This document shows positions 29,894-39,593 of a DNA stretch of 60,200 nt, piece after piece (the stretch's first letter is position 1; every line of letters starts with the position of its first letter). Both the position numbers and the translations under genes were made by a program. The notes under the pieces were generated by a model, which saw only the letters and a list, made by a program, of their open reading frames with translations, was not told the origin of the DNA and did not search any database. This DNA comes from an uncultured Calditrichaceae bacterium (GTDB taxonomy: Bacteria; Calditrichota; Calditrichia; Calditrichales; J004), in assembly GCA_964456445.1 (NCBI GenBank), contig CAYWBI010000006.1:1-60200 (forward strand), read 5' to 3'.

Positions 29894-30889
29894 TTATTTA
29901 CTTATATGAAAGCTGCCTTCTTTGGAGCTGCTTGTATTGCCGAATTCATCTTTTACCGAAAGTATCCAAATATAATCGCTGGTGGGCTGCGTATTTTCTA
30001 TGGTCATTTTAGTTTGACCGCTGGGAATTGCTTTAAATTCCGCCACCCGTGTCAGCAAGCCAAGATTGATTTGCGATATCTCAATTGATTGGGTAAAGAA
30101 ATAGGGCAACCGTGTTTTTTGCCAGGCAAATGTGATGGAGTCATTTGCCACAACCTGTAAATTAGTAGGGGATATCACAACAGGGGTGGGGTCGATTACC
30201 CGTGTTAAATACCGTGGATCGGATTGTATGGTCTGCCCGGGATCATCGGTTACGCTTAGAATAAATGATCGTCCGATCAATGAGTGGATGCTGCTGATCG
30301 GTAGATTTTCAATGTTGAGACGGCTGCTAAAGAAGCCTGCGTTAAGACTTATGGCCAATGTATCGCTGGCCGAATACGCGGGTATGGCATAAGAAACCTG
30401 CTTAATATTGGCAATCCCGTCCAAATCATTTACCTGGGCGTCGATTTGCAGGAAATAAAGATCATCCACAGGGAAAAAGCGGGAGATATGATGCGTGGTA
30501 AGCGATATGCCCTCAAAAAAAGGTAAGCCGTCCAAGAAAAAATCGATTTTCCGGTCGGTAGCTACCTGGATATTTAAGGAATCCCGACTACGCCCATCAG
30601 CGCTGCAATAAACCGTGTATGCGCCCGGGGCCACCCCTGAGAAGATAAAGTTCCCATCGTTATCTGAAAAGACTTTACTGTTTCCCGGAAACAAACTGAC
30701 CACCGCGTTGGCCACTGGCCGATAGGGGGCATAACGCGTGTTGACAATACCGCTGATTATGTAGCCCGTGCTGCCGCTTTTTGGGTCCAGAGGATTCTCA
30801 TGGGAAACATCACTCAAACAGGATGTCGTGAGAAGCATCGGTCCGGATAACAAAATCAACAGGAAAATAGTTCTTTTCATTTTATTCAT
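29894..30889 (-). CDS. lipoprotein with a CarboxypepD_reg-like domain
   Basis: Signal peptide with lipobox LLTTSC. ISGIV...AVVSLFPG...SDNDGNFIFSGVAPGAYTVY is a carboxypeptidase-regulatory-like fold signature. Confidence 0.7.
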   Translation of the reverse strand: MNKMKRTIFLLILLSGPMLLTTSCLSDVSHENPLDPKSGSTGYIISGIVNTRYAPYRPVANAVVSLFPGNSKVFSDNDGNFIFSGVAPGAYTVYCSADGRSRDSLNIQVATDRKIDFFLDGLPFFEGISLTTHHISRFFPVDDLYFLQIDAQVNDLDGIANIKQVSYAIPAYSASDTLAISLNAGFFSSRLNIENLPISSIHSLIGRSFILSVTDDPGQTIQSDPRYLTRVIDPTPVVISPTNLQVVANDSITFAWQKTRLPYFFTQSIEISQINLGLLTRVAEFKAIPSGQTKMTIENTQPTSDYIWILSVKDEFGNTSSSKEGSFHISK

Positions 30890-30984
30890 TGGCGTGATTG
30901 ATAAATGCGTTGCGCAAATATAGTATTTATTGGTTTAAAAACCAGCGATTCTTGTTAAATATTCCCACAAAGAAAACATTATTG

Positions 30985-31000
30985 TGCAAATCATGCACCT
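30985..31000 (-). promoter_or_regulatory. sigma-54 promoter candidate (GG-N10-GC, AGGTGCATGATTTGCA)
   Basis: The minus strand reads ctaAGGTGCATGATTTGCAca. The GG and TTGCA elements are at exact -24/-12 spacing, ~95 nt upstream of the lipoprotein ATG at 30889. Confidence 0.4.
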
Positions 31001-31265
31001 TAGGATAAAACCGGACTCTATCAAAGGCAACACAAAGAACAAGCTGACCGGGGCAACCCTTTTTGTTCCGAATTTGTTTAGGGCTAAAAGGTATGACCAT
31101 GTTTTTTGGGACAGATTATAGAAATAAATATTTTTGTAGAAACCTGATTGCCGTTTGTTTCACCCTGAACCTGAAAAACCGGGGGATTTCGGATACGGGC
31201 TTTGGAAAACGCCGGTTGCCAATTCGCAACGGATACATCTTTCTAAAGGTTGAAATATTTTTCCG

Positions 31266-32642
31266 CTATGCCTTTACTTTTTTTGCGGCTTCCCGGGCAG
31301 CAATCAAAACCGGGTCCCAAACCGGGGCAAAGGGAGGGGCATAGGTTAAATCCAGTGCACATATATCAAATACAGTCATTTTTTGCTGCAACGCCGTTGC
31401 AAATATATCTACTCTTTTGGCAATACCTTCTTCTCCGGCCATTTCCGCGCCAAGCAGACGACCGTTTCTTTTTTCAAAAACAAGTTTTATCCAAACCGGG
31501 CTTCCAGATGGAAAATAAGATGCCCGTGAATGGGCCGCTATAAAAACACTTTCCGCCTTAAAACCGTATTTTAACGCTCCGTCGCTACACAATCCGCAGC
31601 GCGCCACATGAATATCAAAAACTTTAACCGCCATGCTTCCCAAGATGCCCTTAAAAATAGCGTGCCCGCCTGCGGCATTGATTCCGGCTACCCGGCCTTG
31701 TTTGTTGGCCGTTGTACCCAATGGGACATAATGGTTGCGGTTGGTAATTCGATGGTGTGCTTCCGCGCAATCGCCGGCAGCATAGACGTTATGGATATTG
31801 GTAGCCATTTTGGGACTAACCGAAATGGCGCCCGTTTTACCCAGGGCCACTCCGCCGCTTTGGGCAAAATCAACATTGGGTTTTACTCCAATGGCCACGA
31901 TGATTAACTGTACCCGAAGAATCGGGCCGCTGGCCAAAATCAATTCGGCCTCATCGGAGGCGCCATTGATTTGTCTGAGTTCATTGTTCAGATAAATGGT
32001 AATGTTTTTTTGCAACAGAGCGGTCATTAGGATATCGTTTATTTCATCGGAACTGCGTGGGAGGATTTTTAAAGCTTTTTCAATGATAGAAGTTTTGATT
32101 CCCCATTTATGCAGGGCTTCAGCCATTTCTAAGCCGATATATCCGCCGCCAATGATCGCTGCATCTTTTACCTTACCGCTTTCCAGCAAGGATTTGATTC
32201 CCATGCCGTCGCTTAGGTTTCGGACGTAAAAAACATTTTTAAACAAGGGGTTAGCTAGGGGCAATGAAACTGTGTTTGCCCCTGTGGCAATGATCAAACG
32301 GTCATAGGTCAATTCAAATAAGTGGCCATCACTCAGTCGGCGGATATAAACCTTGCGCTTAATACTGTTAAAATTCAACGCCTCATGTGCGGTTAATACT
32401 TTTATGCCCTGTGCCTCAAAATCTGCAATAGAGCGAATAAGCAGCTTTTCGGGCGCGGCTACTTCACCACTTATAAAATAGGGCAGTCCGCAAGCGGCAA
32501 AACTAATAACGGGCGCTTTTTGAATAAGGGTGATTTGTGCGCGTGGATCTGTTTTTCGCGCTTGTGCAGCCGCGCTGCTACCGGCTGCCGTACCGCCAAT
32601 TATCAGGATTTTCTTAGCTCTATATGTTCGGACTGTGTTCAT
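31266..32642 (-). CDS. FAD-dependent pyridine nucleotide-disulfide oxidoreductase, CoA-disulfide reductase / NADH oxidase family
   Basis: GGTAAGSSAA FAD motif, the single redox Cys motif SFAACGLPYFISG typical of Cdr/Nox/Npx, and a second Rossmann motif IIGGGYIGLE. Confidence 0.8.
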   Translation of the reverse strand: MNTVRTYRAKKILIIGGTAAGSSAAAQARKTDPRAQITLIQKAPVISFAACGLPYFISGEVAAPEKLLIRSIADFEAQGIKVLTAHEALNFNSIKRKVYIRRLSDGHLFELTYDRLIIATGANTVSLPLANPLFKNVFYVRNLSDGMGIKSLLESGKVKDAAIIGGGYIGLEMAEALHKWGIKTSIIEKALKILPRSSDEINDILMTALLQKNITIYLNNELRQINGASDEAELILASGPILRVQLIIVAIGVKPNVDFAQSGGVALGKTGAISVSPKMATNIHNVYAAGDCAEAHHRITNRNHYVPLGTTANKQGRVAGINAAGGHAIFKGILGSMAVKVFDIHVARCGLCSDGALKYGFKAESVFIAAHSRASYFPSGSPVWIKLVFEKRNGRLLGAEMAGEEGIAKRVDIFATALQQKMTVFDICALDLTYAPPFAPVWDPVLIAAREAAKKVKA

Positions 32643-32823
32643 ATCAGCCTTTGTTTAACTCATCATGCATGTTTTAAAGTTACATGTTTATAAAGATTTT
32701 TACCATGGATTTATAGCGATGTATGAACATTATGCCTAATCCAAGCTATTCATCTAAATAACAGGTCATCCAGGTTTTGTATCGGTGTTTCATCAGGGGG
32801 CCCTGTTTATAAAGTTCGGGTTG

Positions 32824-33522
32824 TTATTTATCGATCTGGTTAAATAGTGCCATGATTTTATCGGTATTAAGCAGGTTCTTTACAAGATATGTTGCACCTG
32901 CATTTTTCAATTCATTGGCTGATGCAAGACCGGTTTCCACGGCGAGACATTGCAGCCCGCTTTTTAAAGCACATTCCACATCTCTTGCGCTGTCACCAAT
33001 TATCCAGGTGTTCTCCATGCTGAATTTTAACTGATAGTATCTTTCCATCCGTTTGATAGCAATAGGAGGCAAACAATTACGGTTGTGATTGTCATCGCCA
33101 AAAGCACCGGTGACAAAATAGCTATACAGACCCGAAGTACGTAATTTGATATATGCGCCATCTTTTACATTCCCTGTAACAAGACCCAGATAACAATTGT
33201 CCTGTGCCTGGCAGCGTTCTAAAAGCGATCTAACACCGGCTAACACATGGGGTGGGTCTTCATCGGTTACTTTTTTTCGCAGAGTTTCAATAAATTCTGC
33301 AATCAGGAAATCTACACGTTCCGGGGTGGGATCTTTTACGCCATACAATATCAGAATTTCTTTAAATATTTGTGGGTCTGTTAAGCCGGCAAAGTGAAAA
33401 ATACCATTGGGTTTATAATTCGGATAATTTCGGCGCATTACCTCCATTGCAGCTTGTTTTGGTACTCCGTGTCCGCTTAAGAGTGTTCCGTCGATATCGA
33501 ATAATAGCAGTATTGGTTTCAT
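32824..33522 (-). CDS. HAD-superfamily hydrolase (phosphoglycolate phosphatase-like)
   Basis: LLFDIDGTLL motif I, LVTGN motif II and IIGDSARD motif IV. Confidence 0.8.
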   Translation of the reverse strand: MKPILLLFDIDGTLLSGHGVPKQAAMEVMRRNYPNYKPNGIFHFAGLTDPQIFKEILILYGVKDPTPERVDFLIAEFIETLRKKVTDEDPPHVLAGVRSLLERCQAQDNCYLGLVTGNVKDGAYIKLRTSGLYSYFVTGAFGDDNHNRNCLPPIAIKRMERYYQLKFSMENTWIIGDSARDVECALKSGLQCLAVETGLASANELKNAGATYLVKNLLNTDKIMALFNQIDK

Positions 33523-33536
33523 CGCTTTACCTGGGT

Positions 33537-34445
33537 TTAATAGCCCAATTGATCTAATTTGTTCTCATCACGCCGCCAATTTGCACGTACACGCACCCGT
33601 AAATCTAAATAGACCGGCCGGCCTAAAAATTCTTCAATAGACTTTCGTGCCACACTGCCAACCTTTTTTAACTTTTGTCCTTTGGCCCCAATCAAAATAC
33701 CCTTTTGTGATTCGCGTTCAACAACGATGATCGCTTCGATATAATCCTTGCCCTTTGCCCGTTCCTTAAAGCTGTTGATTAGTACCCCGGTAGCATAAGG
33801 GACCTCTTCATGAAAAGAATTGAAGATACGTTCACGGATAAGTTCCGCTACAAAAAAGCGCTCCGGTTGATCGGTCAGCAGATCCTTTGGATAGTATGGC
33901 GGGCTAAAAGGAAGGTGTTTCGAAATTTCGTTTTTTAAATCATCAAGCCCCTCGTCTTTTAGCGAGGAAATGGGAATAATCGCGTTAAAGTTATACCAGT
34001 TTTTATAGAGCTCGATTAAGGGCAATAAATTTTTCCGGTCGATAAGATCAATTTTGCTCAAGACCAGGATGCTGTCGGCATTATAGGTTTTTATCCTTTG
34101 TACATCGATCTCCACCGGGTGTTTTTTATCCGTAACATCAACAATCATAATCAGTAGATCCGCATCAGACATTGCAGAATTGATTTGCTTGTTCATTCGT
34201 TTATGCAGGCCATACTTAGGTTTTACCATCCCGGGGGTATCGAGGAAGATAACCTGCAGTTTTTCGCTGTTTAAAATCCCCAGCACGTTCTGACGGGTCG
34301 TTTGTGGGCGTGGCGAGGTAATTGATATACGCATATCCATCAGCGCATTAAGCAAGGTGGATTTTCCTGCGTTTGGCAAGCCGAAAATAGCTACATATCC
34401 TGCGCGGTGGTCTTTGGGTATAATTTGTTCTTTTTCTTCTGTCAT
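33537..34445 (-). CDS. era: GTPase Era
   Basis: G1 GLPNAGKST, G3 DTPG, G4 SKID and a C-terminal KH domain. The ORF extends to TTG 34484, and ATG 34445 (MTEEKEQ) is the probable start. Confidence 0.9.
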   Translation of the reverse strand: MTEEKEQIIPKDHRAGYVAIFGLPNAGKSTLLNALMDMRISITSPRPQTTRQNVLGILNSEKLQVIFLDTPGMVKPKYGLHKRMNKQINSAMSDADLLIMIVDVTDKKHPVEIDVQRIKTYNADSILVLSKIDLIDRKNLLPLIELYKNWYNFNAIIPISSLKDEGLDDLKNEISKHLPFSPPYYPKDLLTDQPERFFVAELIRERIFNSFHEEVPYATGVLINSFKERAKGKDYIEAIIVVERESQKGILIGAKGQKLKKVGSVARKSIEEFLGRPVYLDLRVRVRANWRRDENKLDQLGY

Positions 34446-34599
34446 AATTTTATTTACCTGGTTTCTTTTGTGTTTGTCAAGCAAATTGCCGATCGCAAGT
34501 GCGTATTTTTATCCGGGCTTATAATTTCTTCCACCGGAATTATTTTACTCCGAATGATAACATAAATGAATTTACATAATTTCATGATTGAAGTGACTA

Positions 34600-35202
34600 T
34601 TATTTAATCGTCTTTAATTTTTGCAATAGCTTATCGATTTGTTCCAAACGTTCGGTCATAATTTCAATCTCCGTGTCTTTATCCAGGGTCTCGGTATAAA
34701 ATTCACAGATCGTGCCGGTTTTGCCGACGAAGATGTATGCCAAATTATCAAAATTATTTAATATTTCGATAAATGATTTTTCGCCGGCCAATTTTTTAAC
34801 CTGACCGTTTGAAGCCGGCATGAAATAATAAATAATCCCCTTCTTGGTTTCAATGGTTGATTTGTTTGGGGCCTGCCCCTCGGTTGCCTGGTCTTGCAGC
34901 CAATTGGCCTCGGCAATGGTCAGGGTTGTTGATATGTCTGTTGTAATACTTATGTCAATATAATTTTGCCTTTTGTTTCCCGCCCGTGACGAACTAAAAT
35001 TGATGGTAATACTTTTACCCTTGACTTTACCATGAAATACCGGTCGGGAAGCGAAACCATCACGAATAACCGTACCATCGTACAGGTCTTCCATATCCAG
35101 CAGGTTGCGGTGCACCACATCCCATAATGATTTACGTAGCCAGACCATTCCTCCCCATAGAAGAATAAAAATCAAGATGATGGCGACGAAGACAAAAAAC
35201 AT
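34600..35202 (-). CDS. hypothetical membrane-anchored protein
   Basis: One N-terminal TM helix (FFVFVAIILIFILLW), then a soluble domain. ATG 35202 lies just after the stop of the M50 gene, and the ORF extends to 35244. No family recognised. Confidence 0.5.
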   Translation of the reverse strand: MFFVFVAIILIFILLWGGMVWLRKSLWDVVHRNLLDMEDLYDGTVIRDGFASRPVFHGKVKGKSITINFSSSRAGNKRQNYIDISITTDISTTLTIAEANWLQDQATEGQAPNKSTIETKKGIIYYFMPASNGQVKKLAGEKSFIEILNNFDNLAYIFVGKTGTICEFYTETLDKDTEIEIMTERLEQIDKLLQKLKTIK

Positions 35203-35210
35203 TTTATACC

Positions 35211-36380
35211 TTATTTTATGTAAATCGGTAAAGGGGAGAAACAAATAATAAAGATAATATATGAAAAATATCCGAGAATTCTTCTTCCACGGCCCAGTGA
35301 GGGCCCATCATCCAGGGTTGGTGGATGTTTGAACCGGATAAAAATCAAAATCAATAACATCCATAACACATAAGCAACGGAATTAAGTTCGGTGAACAAG
35401 TAAATGTTTAGTACAACCAATAAACTAAAAGCAGCCAATGCAATTCGGGCGGCCCTTTGTCCAAACAGGGCATAAGTAATGTGACCGCCGTCCAATTGTC
35501 CGATCGGCATTAAATTTATTGCCGTTACCAACAAACCGAACCACCCGGCAAATATAAATGGAAAATGGTACATTTCCGTCATGGGTAGGTATGCTTTGCC
35601 CATAACCTGGATCAATGCTTTAAAAAACAGGTTATGGCCTAAGGTAAGGGCAATGGCGCCCTGGCTGTTTAATGGGTGTAAAGATTCGATAAAATGCCAC
35701 ATGGCAGGCTCCGACGGGAGTCGGTACAGGCCAATAAAAAGGAAAAGTATGCTTACCGCAAAACCTGCCAATGGGCCTGCTATGCCAATATCAAATAGGG
35801 CTTTTTTGCTTGGAATCGGTGATCTTATACGGATAAATGCCCCTAAGGTGCCCGGTTGAAATGCCGGGATATAAAAAGGTATAAAGAAGGGAAAGGTTAC
35901 GTTTACTTTATAACGCCGGGCCATAAGGTAATGTCCCATTTCATGTGTAAATAAGATCGACAGCAAGGCAAAAGCATAGGGAAAGCCTTTGCTCAGGGCA
36001 TCCCAGCCCTCAAACGGGTCTTGCATCAGTAAGTTTGAGCCGGTAATGGACGTTGTGATCATTGTAAGAAGTAAGAGCAAGCCATAGACGAAAGGACTCG
36101 TTTTTCCCGGTTTACGATTTGATGCCGTGATACGCAGGTAATATTTTTTCGGCGAATATTCGGCTTTGCTGTAAATACCCTTTTCTAAAAGCCGATTCTG
36201 GAGTGTTTCGATCTCTTCGGTACTTATTTGGTTACGGTGCGCATGGTAAACAAGTTGTCCGTACAAACGGAACCAATGGTCTTTTTTCATGCGGGCGCCA
36301 ATAATGGATGCGGCGAGTTTTTCCCTGCGTTTTGAATACATAATCTCCCTGATTAAATGAAGGAGAAAGTTAAAGTACAT
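35211..36380 (-). CDS. site-2 protease family (M50) membrane metalloprotease
   Basis: HEMGHYLMARRY (HExxH) in a TM context and a distal GQLDGGH motif. Polytopic. Confidence 0.8.
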   Translation of the reverse strand: MYFNFLLHLIREIMYSKRREKLAASIIGARMKKDHWFRLYGQLVYHAHRNQISTEEIETLQNRLLEKGIYSKAEYSPKKYYLRITASNRKPGKTSPFVYGLLLLLTMITTSITGSNLLMQDPFEGWDALSKGFPYAFALLSILFTHEMGHYLMARRYKVNVTFPFFIPFYIPAFQPGTLGAFIRIRSPIPSKKALFDIGIAGPLAGFAVSILFLFIGLYRLPSEPAMWHFIESLHPLNSQGAIALTLGHNLFFKALIQVMGKAYLPMTEMYHFPFIFAGWFGLLVTAINLMPIGQLDGGHITYALFGQRAARIALAAFSLLVVLNIYLFTELNSVAYVLWMLLILIFIRFKHPPTLDDGPSLGRGRRILGYFSYIIFIICFSPLPIYIK

Positions 36381-36416
36381 TCATTAAAAATCAAAACTGG
36401 AATTTTGAGCGGAATT

Positions 36417-37136
36417 TTATTTATCGTCCTGGATTTTTCCCGTCATTGGCACAAAGCGTACAGGGAGCACGTTGTCCATGTTTATACCATGAGTAGTTTT
36501 GTTTACAACAACCAATTCTTGAACATACTTCCCGACAGGCAAAATCATCCGGCCGCCGGTTTTAAGCTGATCCAACAAAGGCGGAGGAATAGAGGGAGGG
36601 GCCGCCGTAACAATGATGGCGTCAAAGGGCGCTTTCTCCGGCCAGCCAAGATATCCATCTCCTTGTTTTATGATTATATTATCGTAATGCAGAGATTGAA
36701 CGGTGGCTTTTGCCCGTTTGGCCAATGTGGGCAGAATTTCGATCGAATAAACGGAATCGACAATCCGGCTTAATATGGCGGACTGATAACCGGAGCCGGT
36801 GCCTATTTCCAAAACACGGTCGCCGGGGCCTACATGCAATTGCTGGGTCATAAATGCAACTATGTATGGCTGGCTTATTGTCTGTCCCTCGCCGATTGGC
36901 AAAGCCTTGTCTGTATAAGCAGCGGCCCTTCCGGCTTTTGGGATAAATTGTTCGCGGGGCACGGTTTCCATTGCGGCGATGATTTCCGGCGCACGAACAC
37001 CGCGGGCAATAATCTGTTGTTGAACCATTTTTGTACGCATGGCGTGCCATCCTGGTTTTGATTGTGTGTCCGGTTTTGGGGATTCGCAGGAAAAAAGCAG
37101 GCAGACCGGTAAAAGACCAAGTATGAATTTTTTCAT
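36417..37136 (-). CDS. pcm: protein-L-isoaspartate O-methyltransferase with a predicted lipoprotein signal peptide
   Basis: GQTISQPYIVAFM and VLEIGTGSGYQSAIL (SAM motif I) are typical of PCM. The N-terminus MKKFILGLLPVCLLFSC looks like a lipobox signal. Confidence 0.85.
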   Translation of the reverse strand: MKKFILGLLPVCLLFSCESPKPDTQSKPGWHAMRTKMVQQQIIARGVRAPEIIAAMETVPREQFIPKAGRAAAYTDKALPIGEGQTISQPYIVAFMTQQLHVGPGDRVLEIGTGSGYQSAILSRIVDSVYSIEILPTLAKRAKATVQSLHYDNIIIKQGDGYLGWPEKAPFDAIIVTAAPPSIPPPLLDQLKTGGRMILPVGKYVQELVVVNKTTHGINMDNVLPVRFVPMTGKIQDDK

Positions 37137-37225
37137 AAGTGTGTGATGTCCGGGTTTATTTATGACCCTTAAACGAACTACCGGCCCAACACCGGCAGAT
37201 GTTTCATAAAATTTAACAAACCTGT

Positions 37226-38965
37226 CTATAGTTTTGGAAAAAATATTTTGAATATTGTTCCCTTGCCAACCTGAGATTCAACTTCGATGTGGCCTTTCTG
37301 CTCTTCGATCAATTTTTTCACTATGGCCAGGCCGAGACCGGTACCCCCTTTTTTACCACTGGTTACAAAAGAGTCAAACAATCGGTCTTTTATTTCCGGC
37401 GGTATCCCGGAGCCATTATCTGCTAGGGTGAAAAGAACTTCATCGCCAGCGGATTCCGCGCCAATACTAAAATGACCACCCGGGGGCATAGCCTCCAGGG
37501 CATTTTTCATTATGTTCATAAAGATGCGCTGGATTTTTTCCGGGTCCACATAAATCATACTGGCAACCGCGCAATTGGAATCAAATTGATATCCCTTTTT
37601 GATTACATCGTCCTTAAAGAAACGGCTAAAATCATCCAACAGTTTATTGACCGCGCATTTTACGGGCAGAATACTTGATTTCCCCTTGGCAAAATCAAGT
37701 ACATCGGTAGTCATGTTGGTTAAAAAGCGAATTTGCTGGATAACAATGTCTGCATATTCCGTACGGATTTCTTCGTCGGCTTCATCTTTTAACAGATCGA
37801 CAAAACCATAAATATTGTTCATCGGTGTACGTAAGTCATGGACGATGGTACTCATCATATTGCCGATGGCGGACAGGCGGTCGGCCTTTATCTTTTCTTC
37901 CCGCAAGCGGAAGGTTTCGATGCTTCGACCAATTCGGCTGTTAAGCGTGTTGAGCAATCGAAGATCATCATTGGAGAAATAATCGTTTTCCGCGGTTTTG
38001 TTAAGCAGGGTCAGAATACCAATTACTTTATGATCAATTTTAAGTGGAAGGCAAACAGCCTGCTGTAGGCTTATTCCCAGGTTTTTACCAAGCTCCAGAA
38101 AGAACGGGTCATCATTGGCGTTGTTGCTATGGTAGGCTTCACCTTTTTCGATAACCTGCCGGATCAATGGTAGGGTTTTATCATGTGTGATTTTCTGCAA
38201 TGCTTCGCTATCCAAATCCTTTACAACGGTGGATTTCAAGCTTGTTGATGTGTTATCGAGCAACGAGATAAATCCGGATGCCGCGCCAATGGTATCGGCA
38301 ATTAACGAAATAAGTGTCTCTAGTAATGTTTGAATGTCTTCGGCCTGATTTACTTCACGCTCGGTTTCGTACAATAAATCCAGTTCACCGACCTTTTTAT
38401 CCAATTTGGAATAGAGCAGTGAATTATTTAATGATATGGCAATTTGAGAAGCCATGCTGGCCAGCAGCTCTTCATCGGCTTTTTCGAACACACCGTCTGT
38501 TTTGTTTAGAATTTGCAAAACACCGATAATAACCCGCTCGGCGCCCGGGTCATTAGTCGCCTGAAAAATAGGGATACATAGAATGCTCCGGGTTTTAAAA
38601 CCGGTCTTTTTATCAATTGCAGGATTAAAGCGGTCATCATTATATGCATCCGGGATATTGATTACTTCACCGGTTTTTGCTACATGTCCGGCAATACCAA
38701 CGCCAATTTTTAATCGAATTTCACTTATTTCAGCCTTCTGGGCTATTTTTGACCACAGCTCACCTTTTTCCTGGTCAACAATATAAAAGGTGCCACGTTC
38801 GGCGTTCATTAACCGGTTTACTTCTTTTATAACCAGCAAAAGCAACCGCTCGAGACGAAGCTCTGAACTCAATGCACGTCCAATGTGCATAATGGAACTC
38901 ATTTCAATTTCCTTGCGGGCAAGTTGTTTCTTTAATTGATCCAGTTTGGCGTCCATGATGTTCAA
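37226..38965 (-). CDS. sensor histidine kinase with two GAF domains
   Basis: Two GAF-like regions, H-box STIVHDLRTPMN, N-box MNIMKNALEA and G-boxes DNGSGIP / GTGLGLAIV. Confidence 0.85.
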   Translation of the reverse strand: MNIMDAKLDQLKKQLARKEIEMSSIMHIGRALSSELRLERLLLLVIKEVNRLMNAERGTFYIVDQEKGELWSKIAQKAEISEIRLKIGVGIAGHVAKTGEVINIPDAYNDDRFNPAIDKKTGFKTRSILCIPIFQATNDPGAERVIIGVLQILNKTDGVFEKADEELLASMASQIAISLNNSLLYSKLDKKVGELDLLYETEREVNQAEDIQTLLETLISLIADTIGAASGFISLLDNTSTSLKSTVVKDLDSEALQKITHDKTLPLIRQVIEKGEAYHSNNANDDPFFLELGKNLGISLQQAVCLPLKIDHKVIGILTLLNKTAENDYFSNDDLRLLNTLNSRIGRSIETFRLREEKIKADRLSAIGNMMSTIVHDLRTPMNNIYGFVDLLKDEADEEIRTEYADIVIQQIRFLTNMTTDVLDFAKGKSSILPVKCAVNKLLDDFSRFFKDDVIKKGYQFDSNCAVASMIYVDPEKIQRIFMNIMKNALEAMPPGGHFSIGAESAGDEVLFTLADNGSGIPPEIKDRLFDSFVTSGKKGGTGLGLAIVKKLIEEQKGHIEVESQVGKGTIFKIFFPKL

Positions 38966-39071
38966 TTCCGTTTTTGATGTTCAGATTTTCAGTTTTTCCA
39001 ACACGTTGTATTTCTGAAATATGCTGGTTAAGAACAGGTTATAAATTATACAAAAAGAATAAGTAATATGC

Positions 39072-39116
39072 ACTAAAAACCAAAAAGGGGAACTGTACCA
39101 AACAGTTCCCCTTTTA
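39072..39116 (-). terminator. Rho-independent terminator after the STAS gene
   Basis: 13-bp perfect stem AAAAGGGGAACTG/CAGTTCCCCTTTT with a 7-nt loop. A T-rich tail follows on the minus strand. Confidence 0.6.
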
Positions 39117-39178
39117 AATTTATCTAATCCCGGACTTTACCCGGCAAAATGTAATAAAACCAATTAGTACAAATACGT

Positions 39179-39517
39179 TTAGTTAAGCGAACTTACCGCC
39201 CGCTCAACAGTGTCAAAAGTTTTAAATACTTTTATAAGCTGGGTAATAATCAATAAGCTTTCAACCTTTTCAGCAACCCGTGCCAAAACAAGCTGTCCAT
39301 CTGAGTTTTTGAGGGTAGTCATACAGGCCATAAGCACGCCCATCCCGGAACTGTTCATCCATTTGATGCCACTCAAGTCGATAACTACTTTTGTAATGCC
39401 ATCCTTGATCAGGCCTTTTACATGGTCGTGCAGGGCAGTGGTTTCCGGGCCACCCATCATCTTGCCCGAGAGGCTAAGGACAGCTACGTGGTTCTCAATG
39501 CTTTCTTTGACTTTCAT
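39179..39517 (-). CDS. STAS-domain anti-sigma-factor antagonist (SpoIIAA-like)
   Basis: 112 aa with ...VVIDLSGIKWMNSSGMGVLM..., the typical STAS phosphorylatable-Ser region. AAGGAG RBS. Confidence 0.85.
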   Translation of the reverse strand: MKVKESIENHVAVLSLSGKMMGGPETTALHDHVKGLIKDGITKVVIDLSGIKWMNSSGMGVLMACMTTLKNSDGQLVLARVAEKVESLLIITQLIKVFKTFDTVERAVSSLN

Positions 39518-39593
39518 GGAAGACTCCTTAATTGTGGTGATTGGTCTTGAAGATGTTGTTTAAAATAAAAACTACTTCCATATCGCGCAAAAA

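Noticed and set aside
31063-31543. Plus-strand ORFs (93 and 97 aa) upstream of and overlapping the 3' end of the oxidoreductase gene
   Set aside because: They overlap a supported CDS or the promoter region, their composition is implausible, and they have no RBS.
36679-37120. Alternative-frame and antisense ORFs over pcm (123, 81 and 75 aa)
   Set aside because: The pcm frame carries the SAM-binding and PCM signature motifs. The alternatives are Arg/Cys-rich shadow ORFs.
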